Positions 53,904 to 63,793 of a DNA stretch of 63,793 nt are shown piece after piece. Source of the DNA: Octopus bimaculoides (lineage: Eukaryota); the NCBI RefSeq assembly GCF_001194135.2, contig NC_068999.1, positions 48,209,244 to 48,273,036 of the forward strand, written 5' to 3'. A program made the translations under genes and the position numbers. How positions within the stretch are numbered: the stretch's first letter is position 1; every line of letters starts with the position of its first letter. The notes under the pieces were generated by a model. The model was not told where the DNA came from. It searched no databases and saw only the letters and a program-made list of their open reading frames with translations.

Positions 53904-56900
53904 TATAGATATATATACATATATACATATAACATGCTCTAGCATGGCCATAGCCTTTGGGCTGAAACATAGAAACACACACACACACACATCTTGGTTT
54001 CAAATTTTGGTACAAGGCCAGCAACTTTAGGAAGGAGTCATGTGACTCAATTCAGTCATGTGACTCTCTTATATAGAGAATTTGTGGAGTATAAAATACT
54101 GGATCCTAATATTGGCAATCACAAAGGCGGTGGGTTGGTAGAATCATTACCATGATGAAAAAATGCTTAGCAGCATTCTTCCGACTTAATGCTCTGAGTT
54201 CAAATTGTGCAAATGCTGACTTTGCCTTTCAATCTTTGGGGGGGGTCGATAAAATAAGTACCAGTTGAACATAGGGGTCAATGTAACCAACTTAAAACCT
54301 CCTGTGAAATTGCTGGCCTAGCACTGAAATTTGATTCCAATATCAACAGTCACATATATTAGGTAATATAGTGAATTAGCTCAATCCCCAGTATTTGACT
54401 GCTTCTGTCTTTTATTAACCCTGAAAGGGTGAAAGAAAACATCAACTCCCACAGGATTTGGAAGTAATGTGCACAAAGCATTCTACTATTTTACCATGAA
54501 ATACTGCTTACAGTGGAGGCGCAATGGCCCAGTGGTTAGGACAGCAGACTCACAGTAATAGGATCACGGTTTCGATTCCCACACCGNNNNNNNNNNNNNN
54601 NNNNNNNNNNNNNNNNNNNNNNNNNNNNNNNNNNNNNNNNNNNNNNNNNNNNNNNNNNNNNNNNNNNNNNNNNNNNNNNNNNNNNNNNNNNNNNNNNNNN
54701 NNNNNNNNNNNNNNNNNNNNNNNNNNNNNNNNNNNNNNNNNNNNNNNNNNNNNNNNNNNNNNNNNNNNNNNNNNNNNNNNNNNNNNNNNNNNNNNNNNNN
54801 NNNNNNNNNNNNNNNNNNNNNNNNNNNNNNNNNNNNNNNNNNNNNNNNNNNNNNNNNNNNNNNNNNNNNNNNNNNNNNNNNNNNNNNNNNNNNNNNNNNN
54901 NNNNNNNNNNNNNNNNNNNNNNNNNNNNNNNNNNNNNNNNNNNNNNNNNNNNNNNNNNNNNNNNNNNNNNNNNNNNNNNNNNNNNNNNNNNNNNNNNNNN
55001 NNNNNNNNNNNNNNNNNNNNNNNNNNNNNNNNNNNNNNNNNNNNNNNNNNNNNNNNNNNNNNNNNNNNNNNNNNNNNNNNNNNNNNNNNNNNNNNNNNNN
55101 NNNNNNNNNNNNNNNNNNNNNNNNNNNNNNNNNNNNNNNNNNNNNNNNNNNNNNNNNNNNNNNNNNNNNNNNNNNNNNNNNNNNNNNNNNNNNNNNNNNN
55201 NNGTTGTGAATGTTTATTGAGCGAAAACACCTAAAGCTCCACGAGGCTCCGGCAGGGGATGGTGGCGAACCCTGCTGTACTCTTCCACCACAGCTTTCTC
55301 TCACTCTTACTTCCTGTTTCTGTTGTGCCTGTAATTCAAAGGATCGGCGTTGTCACACTGTGTTACGCTGAATATCCCCGAGAACTACGTTAAGGGTACA
55401 CGTATCTGTGGAGTGCTCAGCCACTTGCGCGTTAATTTCACGAGCAGGCTGTTCTGTTGATCGGATCAACTAGAACCTTCGACGTCGTAAGCAACGGAGT
55501 GCCAACAACAACAACAACAACAACTGCTTACAAATTTTTGTACAAGGTCTGCAATTTCAAGGGAGGGAGTATGTTGATTACATTAACCCCAGCATTCAGC
55601 TGGTACTTATTTTATCGACCCCAAAAGGATGAAAGGCAAAGTTGACAATGGCAGAATTTGAAAGACAGATGCGACAAAACATTTTGATCACTGTGCTAAT
55701 GATTCTGTCAGCTCATCACTTTCAGTCCACCATGAAATAGTAAAAGTGAAAAATTAAACAAACCAGTTTCTGTTCTCCAATATTTTACTATTGGATTGGT
55801 CCAAGAGGCATTTATCACAGATGGCCTGGCATCTGCTATGAAAGTGTAGTTAGTGAATGGTGTTAAGTCATCTAAATCAATACGTTTTTCAGTACCTANN
55901 NNNNNNNNNNNNNNNNNNNNNNNNNNNNNNNNNNNNNNNNNNNNNNNNNNNNNNNNNNNNNNNNNNNNNNNNNNNNNNNNNNNNNNNNNNNNNNNNNNNN
56001 NNNNNNNNNNNNNNNNNNNNNNNNNNNNNNNNNNNNNNNNNNNNNNNNNNNNNNNNNNNNNNNNNNNNNNNNNNNNNNNNNNNNNNNNNNNNNNNNNNNN
56101 NNNNNNNNNNNNNNNNNNNNNNNNNNNNNNNNNNNNNNNNNNNNNNNNNNNNNNNNNNNNNNNNNNNNNNNNNNNNNNNNNNNNNNNNNNNNNNNNNNNN
56201 NNNNNNNNNNNNNNNNNNNNNNNNNNNNNNNNNNNNNNNNNNNNNNNNNNNNNNNNNNNNNNNNNNNNNNNACACAAACAAACGCACATATATATACTCT
56301 TTACTCTTTTACTTGTTTCAGTCATTTGACTGTGGCCATGCTGGAGCACCGCCTTTAGTCAAGCAAATCGACCCCAGGATTTATTCTTTGGAGGCCTGGT
56401 ACTTATTCTATCAGACTCTTTTGCCGAACCGCTAAGTTACAGGGACGTAAACACACCAGCATTGGTTGTCAAGCGATGGTGGGGGGGACAAANNNNNNNN
56501 NNAACCCATGCTAGCATGGAAAGCGGACGTTAAACGATGATGATGATATATATATATATGTATAGATATATATAGATAGATAGATTAAGTCAATTATATC
56601 AACCCAGTGCATAACTGGTACTTACGTTATCAACCCTGAAAAGATGACAGGAAACATTGACCTTGGCAGAATTTGGTCTCAGACTATTTATTCTATCAGT
56701 CTCTTTTGCTGAACTGCTAGGTTACAGGGACATAAACAAACCAACACCAGATATCAAACAGTGAGTGGGGGACAGACAGACAAACATGCACACACATATA
56801 GTCAGGGGCATAGCTAGAGTAAATAGTATTCAGGGCAAGCATCAAAATTGCACACTTCACTCAAACAAAACTTTTTTTAATGGCTTAATTAGAAAATGAT

Positions 56901-57467
56901 CTTGGCCAAAATTGCACTCCGCTCAAAGTGGCAGCCAGGGCATGTGCCCTGCTTGCCCCACCCTAGCTACACCTCTGAATATAATTATACCACACACACA
57001 TGACAGGCGCCTTTCAGTTTCCATTAACCAAATCCACTCACAAGACTCAGAGCTATAATAGAAGACACTTACTCAAGGTGTCACACAGTGGGGACTGAAC
57101 CTAAAACCATATGGTTGGGAAGCAAACTTCTTACCACACAGCCATGCCAAAATGAAAGTTTTTAAATGTCAACTCATAAAAATTGACTTACCTTCCAAGG
57201 TGATTTGGTTTCCCATTCAGACTGATACTTAACTCTGTACGTTGTGTAATACACATTCGCTGTTATCATAGAAGATGGGATTATTTCCAACTTTAGTGAT
57301 GTTTTATAAGGGTCAGATGTTTCTGAAGATGAAATCTGAATGTCCAGGAGAGGGCGAAGACGAACTACAAAAGACAGAGACTAATATATATATGTATGCA
57401 TATAGACAGATAGACATACATGCATAGATAATGTGTGTGTGTGTGTATGTATATATGTATATGTATA

Positions 57468-57532
<65 letters not shown>

Positions 57533-57894
57533 AAATACAAATGTGTGTGTGTGTATCTAATATATAAAATAGAGATGTGTGTGTATTCGTTTATTATTAT
57601 TATTATTATTATCATCATCATCATCATTATTAAGGTGGCGAGCTGGCAGAGTTGTTAGAACGCCGGGCAAAATGCTTAATGGGATGTCATCCATTGCTAT
57701 ATTCTGAGTTCAAATCCCACTAAGGTCAACTTTGCCTTTCATCCTTTCAGAGTCGATAAATTGAGTACCAGTGAAACACTGGGGTTGATGTGATCAGCTA
57801 GGCCCCTCCCCCAAAATTCAGGCCTTGTGCCTATAGTAGAGAGGATTATCATAATTATCACTACTACTACTACTACTATTACTAGTAATAGTAA

Positions 57895-57935
<41 letters not shown>

Positions 57936-60900
57936 AGCTGGCAGACTCATTAGTACATCAGAAAAAATGCATAGTGGCATTTTTTTTTTTGCTTTTTATG
58001 CTGCCAAGGTAGATTAACTTTGTCTTCCATCCTTTCACAGTTGATAACTGATTAGCCCCCACCCACCTCACCCTAAAATTACTGGCCTTGTACCAAAATT
58101 AGAAAGAATTATCATTAATTTATCATTAATTAGTGGCATTTAGTTTGTCTTTACATTCTGAGTTCAGACTTCACCAAGGGTAACTTCGCTGTTTATCCTT
58201 TCAAAGTCAATAAAATAAGTACCATTTGCGCAGTGGGGTCGATATAATCGACTTGCCCTCCCCTCTCCCCAAACTTGCTGACCCTGTGCTAAAATTTGAA
58301 GCCATTGTTATAATTATTATTTTTAGATTATTTCTTTTTATGATCAAATGTGAAAGGTTATTTTAGCTTGTTTAATTAACACAATTAATATACTTACTCG
58401 GTATAGCAAATTTACGGTAGCATTTGATTTCATTCAGAATTTCATTTTTGGAGAATGTTAAATTGAAGCAAAAATGCAGCTTTCCAAAGGTTTCAAATTC
58501 ATAATAAGTATCATTCTTAAATAATATACTACAAAGTGACCATGTCATATTGTATCGAGAAGAATAACTGAAAAACAAGAGAAATGATAATTATTTGCTA
58601 GAAATCCAGTGTTAACAAGCTGTCTATAGAAGATAATACAAAGATTAAAATATATATATATACACACACACGCAAACACACAAATGTATATCTTTCATTC
58701 TTTATCTTTTACTTGTTTCAATCATTAGACTCCGGCCATCCTGGGGCAGTACCTTGGTGAGTTTCAATCAAACAAATCAATCCCTAATACTTAATTTTTT
58801 GTAAAGCCTAGTTACCTATTCCATCTGGCTTCTTTTGCCAAAACCACAAGGTCATAGAGACAAACAAACCAGCATGAGTTATCAACCTGTAGAGACAAGC
58901 ACAAAGACACACACACACACATAGATATATACACATATAATTTTTATACAACAGGCTTCATCAGGGCCGGCCCCAGGGTTGCTGGCATCCCGGGCAAGCT
59001 GAACTTTGGTGTGTACAAGCTGACGTCATGGGAATTTCCTTGTCTTTGTCGTGCCCTCTTTGGCGCCCTCTAGCACATGGTGCCTTGGGCAACTGCTTGA
59101 GTTGCCAGTACCTTGAGCTGGCCCTGGGCTTCATTCAGTTTAGAGAGGACAAACAAGGACAGGCAAACGGATTAAGTCGATTATATTGACCCCAGTGCGT
59201 AACTGGTACTTATTTAATCAACCCCGAAAGGATGAAAGGCAAAGTCGACCTCGGCGGAATTTGAACTCAGAACGTAACGGCAGACAAAATACCGCTAAGC
59301 ATTTCGCCCGGTGTGCTAATGTTTCCCTTCGATAACATTGGTGGCATAAAGAAGTGAGGCTGGTATGCATGAGCGACTGCTGGTATGCATGATTGAATGC
59401 TGGTCTTCCATAAAAATCTTGCCCGGACTTGTGCCTTGGAGGGTAACTTTCTAGGTGTAATCCCATGGTCATTCATGACTGAAGGAGATCTTTACTAAAT
59501 TGACATACACATAAAGCACCCAGCTTTTGTTTGTAAGTGTCATTGTGTTACTTCAGCTGAAAAAGTAGGCTTTTCAACACCCATTGGTATGACCTCCTAC
59601 TTATGTGCTACTGCTGTGCCAATTTACACATTAACTTCTTTGGACTTCAAGTAATCCTTTGATGATTGTCCTGAATAACTTCCAGCATTCAAACTGTAGG
59701 ATCCCTTTGTTTTGAGGCGTTGTGCTCTGACCCTGTAGAATGTCACTTAAACCAATATTTGTACCATTCTCTTTGCTGGGAAACTTTTACCTGAAAACTT
59801 GACTTCAAAAATTTTGCTTAACAGAACCTGTTCTCACAAATGCTTCCACAATCTCCACTCTTTCCACTACTGAGTACATTATCATCATCTAACGTCCGCT
59901 TTCCATGCTAGCATGGGTTGGACGATTTGACCGAGGACTGGTGAACCAGATGGCTACACGAGGCTNNNNNNNNNNCCGAGGACTGGTGAACCAGATGGCT
60001 ACACGAGGCTCCAATCTGATTTGGCAGAGTTTCTACAGCTGGATGCCCTTCCTAACGCCAACCACTCCGAGTGGGTGCCCGAAGGCCAGTCAGAGGGTAC
60101 TGGCAATGGCCACGCTCAAAATGGTGTATTTTACGTGCCACCTGCACAGGAGCCAGTCCAGCGGCACTGGCAACAATCTCGCTCGAATGTCTTTACAAGT
60201 GCAAGGAAGGCTACGCTGGGCACAATCTTACAGAAAATGCTAGAGATGTTCACTCAATGCAATCTTACAATCAACTAATGTGCTGAGGATAACCTAGCAA
60301 ACAGCTGAGTAGTGGGCCATCCTTGTTCAGCTGTTACAAGCAGTCGAAATAACACAATTGGCACTTGCAAATAAAAGGCTAGGTTCTTTTTCATGTGTGA
60401 ATATATTGCTGTGTTTATACTATGCTACAGAATGGGGCTACTTTTTTGTGTGCCACCCTGTACAATGTCTGAATAAGAGAAATAGTTGGTTATGTCTGGT
60501 ACTACTTTGATTATCGATCTATTAAACATTTTATAAAGAAAAGACAGCAGATAAACATTGGATAAGTATATTCTTGATACATTATGCCTGAAAAATAAAC
60601 AAAATGATTGCAGCTGGAAGATTTTCAATAATTTTGCTTGATCAGAATTAACCAGAGATTAACTCTTTTGATGCCAGCCTGCCAAAGACCATTCTGGTTC
60701 AAAGATACAAGCTCCCTATTTTAATGAGATCTAAATTAAACCCTTCCATTAAAATTTCATGTTAATTTGTGTCTCAAACACCAGCTTAATGATGACAAAA
60801 ATGTCTAAGTTCTACATTATTTCCAAAATTATCTGTAACAGAAGCAGTGTATTTCAACAGGAATATGGTAACAAAAGAGCTAAACAACAATAACATCAAC

Positions 60901-63056
60901 AACAACAATGACAATAAAAATTGGACTCTTTTTTTTTTGTCTGTAATTACCATGTCACTTTCCAGTATTCTTGGGGAGACTTCATGGTGACAACAATGCT
61001 TTCTACATCATTCCTGAATATTTCATATGGAGATTCTGCAACAAAAAAAAATGAAAATACACATAAGCACAGGCATGGCTGTGTGGTAAGAAACTCGCTT
61101 CCTAACCACATGGTTCTGGGTTCAGTCTCACTGTGTGGCACCTTGGGCAAGTGTTTTCTACTATAGTTTTGGGCCAACCAAATACTTGAGAGTGGATTTG
61201 GTAGACAAAAATTTAAAGAATCCCTTCATGTGCGTGTGTGTGTGTGTGTGTTTGTCCACCACCATTGCTTGACAACTGACGTTGGTGTATTTGCAGCCCT
61301 TTAACTTCGCAGTTTGGCAAAAGAGACTGATAGAATAAGCACCAGACTATGAAAGCTAAGTAGTGGGGTCAATTCATTCATGCCCCAGCATGGCTGAAGT
61401 CTAACGACTGAAACAAGTAAAATACATTGTTTATGGTGTTATGCACAAATGCACACACCTGCACTCATAAGCATACAGATATATACATACACACACCACA
61501 CAAACATATAAATGCAGTCTCCATGATAGGCATAAACACATACAGAAAAGCAAATGCATGCACACAAAAATATACGCATATACAAAGAAGCTTATATTCA
61601 CCAAAATATATACATGAATCATAGTTGTGGCCGATGCCAGTGTTGCATATCTGTTACCCATTCTGGCAGCACATAAAAAGCGCTCTTCTTACTTTGGGCC
61701 TCACTGAAGTAGTGACAAGTGACTAAGACCTTTGGCAATATATCTTGCTTGAGAAGGCGGCGAGCTGGCAGAAACGTTAACACGCCGAGCGAAATGCTTA
61801 GCAGTATTTCGTCTGCCGTTATGTTCTGAGTTCAAATTCCACCGAGGTCGACTTTGCCTTTCATCCTTTCGGGGTCGATAAATTAAGTACCAGTTACGCA
61901 CTGAGGTCAATGTAATCGACTCAATCCGTTTGTCTGTTCTTGTTTGTCCCCTCTGTGTGTAGCCCCTTGTGGGCAGTAAAGGAAAAAGAAACGTTAGCAC
62001 GCCGGGCGAAATGCTTAACGGTATTTCATCTGTCTTTACATTCTGAGTTCAAATTCTGCTGAGGTTGACTTTGCCTTTCATCCTTTCAGGGTCAACAAAT
62101 TAAGTACCAGTTACGCACTGAGGTTGATCTAATCGACTGGTCCCCCCTCACCCCAAAAATTTGGGGTTTTGTGCCTAGTGTAGAAAAAAAAAAAACACCT
62201 CCACTATCAATCTCAGAGATCCTTCAAAGGTCATGGATGTTGTACTGTGACCTTTGAACAAACCATTTGAAAAAAAAAAATGATTGTATTCACTAAGGAA
62301 ATTGTTATCAGCATACTGTTATCACTGAAGAAGAAAGGGCAGGGAAAGAAGAGCAGAAAAGAAGAGGTGGGAGAGAGAGAGAGAGAGAGAGAGAAAGTGT
62401 GTGTGTGTGTGCACGCAAGATGGACAAAAGAAGAGAGAGTGAATATTTAAAGAGAAGGGAAAGAGAGGCAGAGATAGATCAAGAATAAGAGAAATCCAAA
62501 ACAGTGAACAGAAAACACAGCAAAAAGAGGAACTAGTAATACCAATGACTACAGTAGCCCTGCTACTACTACTGCTGCTTCTACTACTACCACTACTACT
62601 ACCACTACTACTACTACACGTAGGAGTTGATGATGTATAGAAGTAATGTAACTCAGAAAAGATGATAAAAGAAATGTCATTATATATTTGCTTAATATTT
62701 GAGCAGGGTGGCACAGTGGAAACACGCAGGGCCCATAACCCAGAGGTCGGCAGAGCAAAACTATGTCCTGCAAAGATATGTAGTAGCAGCAGCAGCAGCA
62801 GTAGTAGTATGTTTCTTTGTTTACCCCTTCCCCATGCATACACAAAAAAAAGACTCCATTGAATCATGACTAATTTTAAGATCATAAGCTTGAAATGAAG
62901 CAATTAGAATTTGAAAATAGCATTAGATATGAGAGATGTTAGAGTAAATTCAAGAACATCTTTAGAATTAAATTAAAGAAAACAAAAATAGTACATACCA
63001 GTAGCATCAGTCCCTGCTAACAGTACCAAGTACTGAAGAAGTAACAAGTAAAACAT
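39857..63056 (-). CDS. Receptor B: paralogous class I cytokine receptor (SP-CHD-3xFN3-TM-tail, no Ig exon), about 990 aa estimated
   Basis: 14 coding exons on the - strand, homologous exon-for-exon to receptor A with identical intron phases. Three exons have identical lengths (95, 141, 46 nt). Parts of two exons fall in N gaps. Confidence 0.88.
40367..40759 (-). repeat. Coding tandem repeat in receptor B tail (102,102,90,99-nt units; 4x DYVDEP)
   Basis: Units start at 40759, 40657, 40555 and 40465; the first is [34 protein letters not shown]. Confidence 0.92.
41200..41760 (-). mobile_element. CR1-like LINE C-terminal fragment
   Basis: EYCFNMWNS and [15 protein letters not shown] remnants. 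Confidence 0.55.
42040..42200 (+). mobile_element. Decayed RTE RT fragment
   Basis: WELFYADD motif remnant. Confidence 0.55.
42604..42649 (-). CDS. Receptor B juxtamembrane (Box1-position) exon
   Basis: ttatttcag|C..AGG|gtaaat, phase 2-0, 46 nt like A exon 13; (S)[15 protein letters not shown]. Confidence 0.78.
44313..44397 (-). CDS. Receptor B transmembrane exon
   Basis: cttttacag|AT..AG|gtaagt, phase 1-2; (D)[27 protein letters not shown]. Confidence 0.88.
45097..45391. mobile_element. hAT (Charlie-like) MITE
   Basis: TIR caagggttctcaacc / ggatgaaaacccttg; TSD ttctaaat/ttctagat; ggaccc subterminal motifs. Confidence 0.75.
45423..45587 (-). CDS. Receptor B FN3 D6 second half
   Basis: ttaaag|GT..G|gtaaag; (G)[54 protein letters not shown]; FN3 L-x-P-x-T-x-Y motif. 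Confidence 0.88.
46580..46720 (-). CDS. Receptor B FN3 D6 first half
   Basis: ctctttcag|CC..G|gtgagt, 141 nt as in A; (S)[46 protein letters not shown]. Confidence 0.92.
47165..47520 (-). mobile_element. CR1/Jockey-type LINE RT fragment
   Basis: [26 protein letters not shown] and SYADDTKVS motifs with a frameshift. Confidence 0.8.
47900..48390 (+). mobile_element. Penelope-like GIY-YIG endonuclease fragment (second family)
   Basis: [29 protein letters not shown]...LRIMEALLI. Confidence 0.75.
48516..48666 (-). CDS. Receptor B FN3 D5 second half
   Basis: gcttttag|GAT..T|gtaatt; [50 protein letters not shown]; about 56% identical to A exon 9 by hand count. Confidence 0.92.
49930..50078 (-). 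CDS. Receptor B FN3 D5 first half
   Basis: ttattcag|CC..AGA|gtaagt; [49 protein letters not shown]. Confidence 0.9.
50590..50869. other. Assembly gap covering part of a receptor B exon (other gaps: 6339-6348, 37452-37461, 53018-53464, 54587-55202, 55899-56271, 56493-56502, 59966-59975)
   Basis: N runs. Confidence 0.99.
50870..51009 (-). CDS. Receptor B FN3 D4 second half (3' part in N gap)
   Basis: ttttcacag|AGT; [21 protein letters not shown]...[16 protein letters not shown] runs into gap 50590..50869; matches A GYCVQ and SLYKEF. Confidence 0.85.
51754..51848 (-). CDS. Receptor B FN3 D4 first half
   Basis: ctcacccag|CC..CAG|gtaaat, 95 nt as in A; (A)[31 protein letters not shown]. Confidence 0.9.
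55764..55898 (-). CDS. Receptor B CHD D3 second half (5' end in N gap; WSXWS position reads ASWTNP)
   Basis: [44 protein letters not shown] + G|gtttgt; about 10 nt missing in gap 55899..56271 if the length matches A. Confidence 0.85.
57192..57364 (-). CDS. Receptor B CHD D3 first half
   Basis: cttttgtag|TT..AAG|gtaagt, phase 1-0; (I)[11 protein letters not shown]...[19 protein letters not shown]. Confidence 0.85.
58398..58567 (-). CDS. Receptor B CHD D2 second half
   Basis: tttttcag|T..A|gtaagt, phase 2-1; (C)[56 protein letters not shown]. Confidence 0.85.
58962..59126. mobile_element. 165-bp hAT-like MITE
   Basis: Termini cagggccggc / gctggccctg; perfect 8-bp TSD ggcttcat. Confidence 0.85.
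60951..61035 (-). CDS. Receptor B CHD D2 first half
   Basis: ttgttgcag|AA..TG|gtaatt, phase 1-2; (E)[27 protein letters not shown](C); aligns to A exon 2. Confidence 0.8.
61754..61980 (+). mobile_element. SINE family 3 (copies about 61990..62180 +, 59143..59324 -, 57630..57845 +, 35580..35790 +)
   Basis: ggcggcgagctggcagaaacgttagc..gagttcaaattcc..gtcgactttgcctttcatcc recurring more than 10 times. Confidence 0.8.
62702..62773 (+). pseudogene. Initiator tRNA-Met (CAT) pseudogene
   Basis: 72 nt, 55/72 identical by hand to the conserved metazoan tRNAi-Met sequence as I recall it. The GGG-CCCATAA-CCC anticodon arm is intact, the T-stem and 1:72 pair are broken, and several CpG transitions are present. 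Confidence 0.85.
62999..63056 (-). CDS. Receptor B signal-peptide exon (exon 62999..63067; ATG at 63056)
   Basis: - strand ttttttctcttcag|gtactttaaaaATG..G|gtatgt; [19 protein letters not shown]; the phase-1 end joins in frame to the next exon (E-SPYEIF). Confidence 0.8.
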
Positions 63057-63229
63057 TTTTAAAGTACCTGAAGAGAAAAAATGCATTGTAACTGACAACT
63101 ATTAAATATCAAGTCAACATCAGTTTCTATTAGATATAAAAGCATTTATAAGATAAAATTGTTATCAGATATAACATAAACAAACAAGGATTAGAAATAG
63201 TAAAAAATCTAGAGATAGATGTTAGAACT

Positions 63230-63560
63230 GAACCATGTACCTCCAAAAACACCTATGGTAAACCTAAAGGACCACAAAAATAATTCCGACTGACCTTAAA
63301 ATGAAATTAATATGCCCATCTAAATCAGACACTGGAAGTATAAAAACATCATAGAGAGAATATGCTCAAACTAAAAACTAAGATTGGACTTTCATTGTGT
63401 TCTGGCACTCAAGTTGTTAGAGGATGGTTTATGAAAGCAGAGAAAACTAAAAATTCCAAATTTATACAATTAGACATAGATAGCTACTATTCCACAATTA
63501 ATCCTATTGTACTAAATAAAGCTAGTCTGTCTATGAGGATAGCTTCCTTAATTCTTAGAT
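63230..63560 (+). mobile_element. Penelope-like RT fragment
   Basis: LKDHKNN, KLICPSKSD and KFIQLDIDSYYSTI motifs. Confidence 0.7.
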
Positions 63561-63793
63561 TACACAAATTTCTTTCATATATATATATATATATATATAT
63601 AAATTTGTAGTTTGGAATCAGTAGTTCTTTGACTGCTATTTCTAAATTTTCAGTATGTTGGAGAAGCAACTCAATTGCTAATCCCTGTATATTTATAATG
63701 ATAAATAGTCTTACCGATAAAGGTTTTTTTCATACTGAACTACTTGGCAGAATTGTTAATTATTAATTCTATTATTAATTGACGATTCTCTGC

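Noticed and set aside
60425-60628. - strand ORF with plausible acceptor inside receptor B
   Set aside because: No homology to any A exon, no suitable donor, and not needed for frame continuity
62199-62324. Strong pyrimidine tract plus AG that could be the missing Ig exon of B
   Set aside because: TGA after four codons in the required phase-1 frame, stops in the other frames, no Ig-like residues
62322-62903. 193-aa - strand ORF with hydrophobic N-terminus
   Set aside because: Runs through (CTA)n/(GA)n repeats and the antisense of the tRNA pseudogene; the real signal-peptide exon is at 62999-63067

Overview
AT-rich, microsatellite- and SINE-dense eukaryotic genomic DNA with short-read-type N gaps. 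The repeat content points to a coleoid cephalopod, most probably Octopus (inference). By hand-splicing GT-AG exons in continuous frame I reconstruct two paralogous tall class I cytokine receptor genes (gp130/Domeless-type architecture) arranged tail-to-tail, about 13 kb apart. Receptor A (+ strand, 15 exons, 65..26866; signal-peptide exon upstream of the window) encodes Ig-like D1, a cytokine-receptor homology module (D2-D3), three FN3 domains, TM, Box1-like segment, a 39-nt microexon and a 301-aa terminal tail exon. Receptor B (- strand, 14 coding exons, 63056..39857; two exons partly lost in N gaps) has the same intron phases. It differs in having no Ig exon, a proline-less Box1 exon and a tail with a 102-nt tandem expansion giving four DYVDEP tyrosine motifs. 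Both lack canonical WSXWS, the first cysteine pair and YxxQ, yet keep the 1-2-1-0-1 intron-phase signature. Other content: an initiator tRNA-Met pseudogene, an inverted pair of repeats with hammerhead-ribozyme-like cores just after the receptor A stop, (TTAGGG)8, hAT and Tc1/mariner MITEs with TSDs, and Gypsy, RTE, CR1 and Penelope fragments. No database search was possible, so family calls rest on motifs and gene structure.
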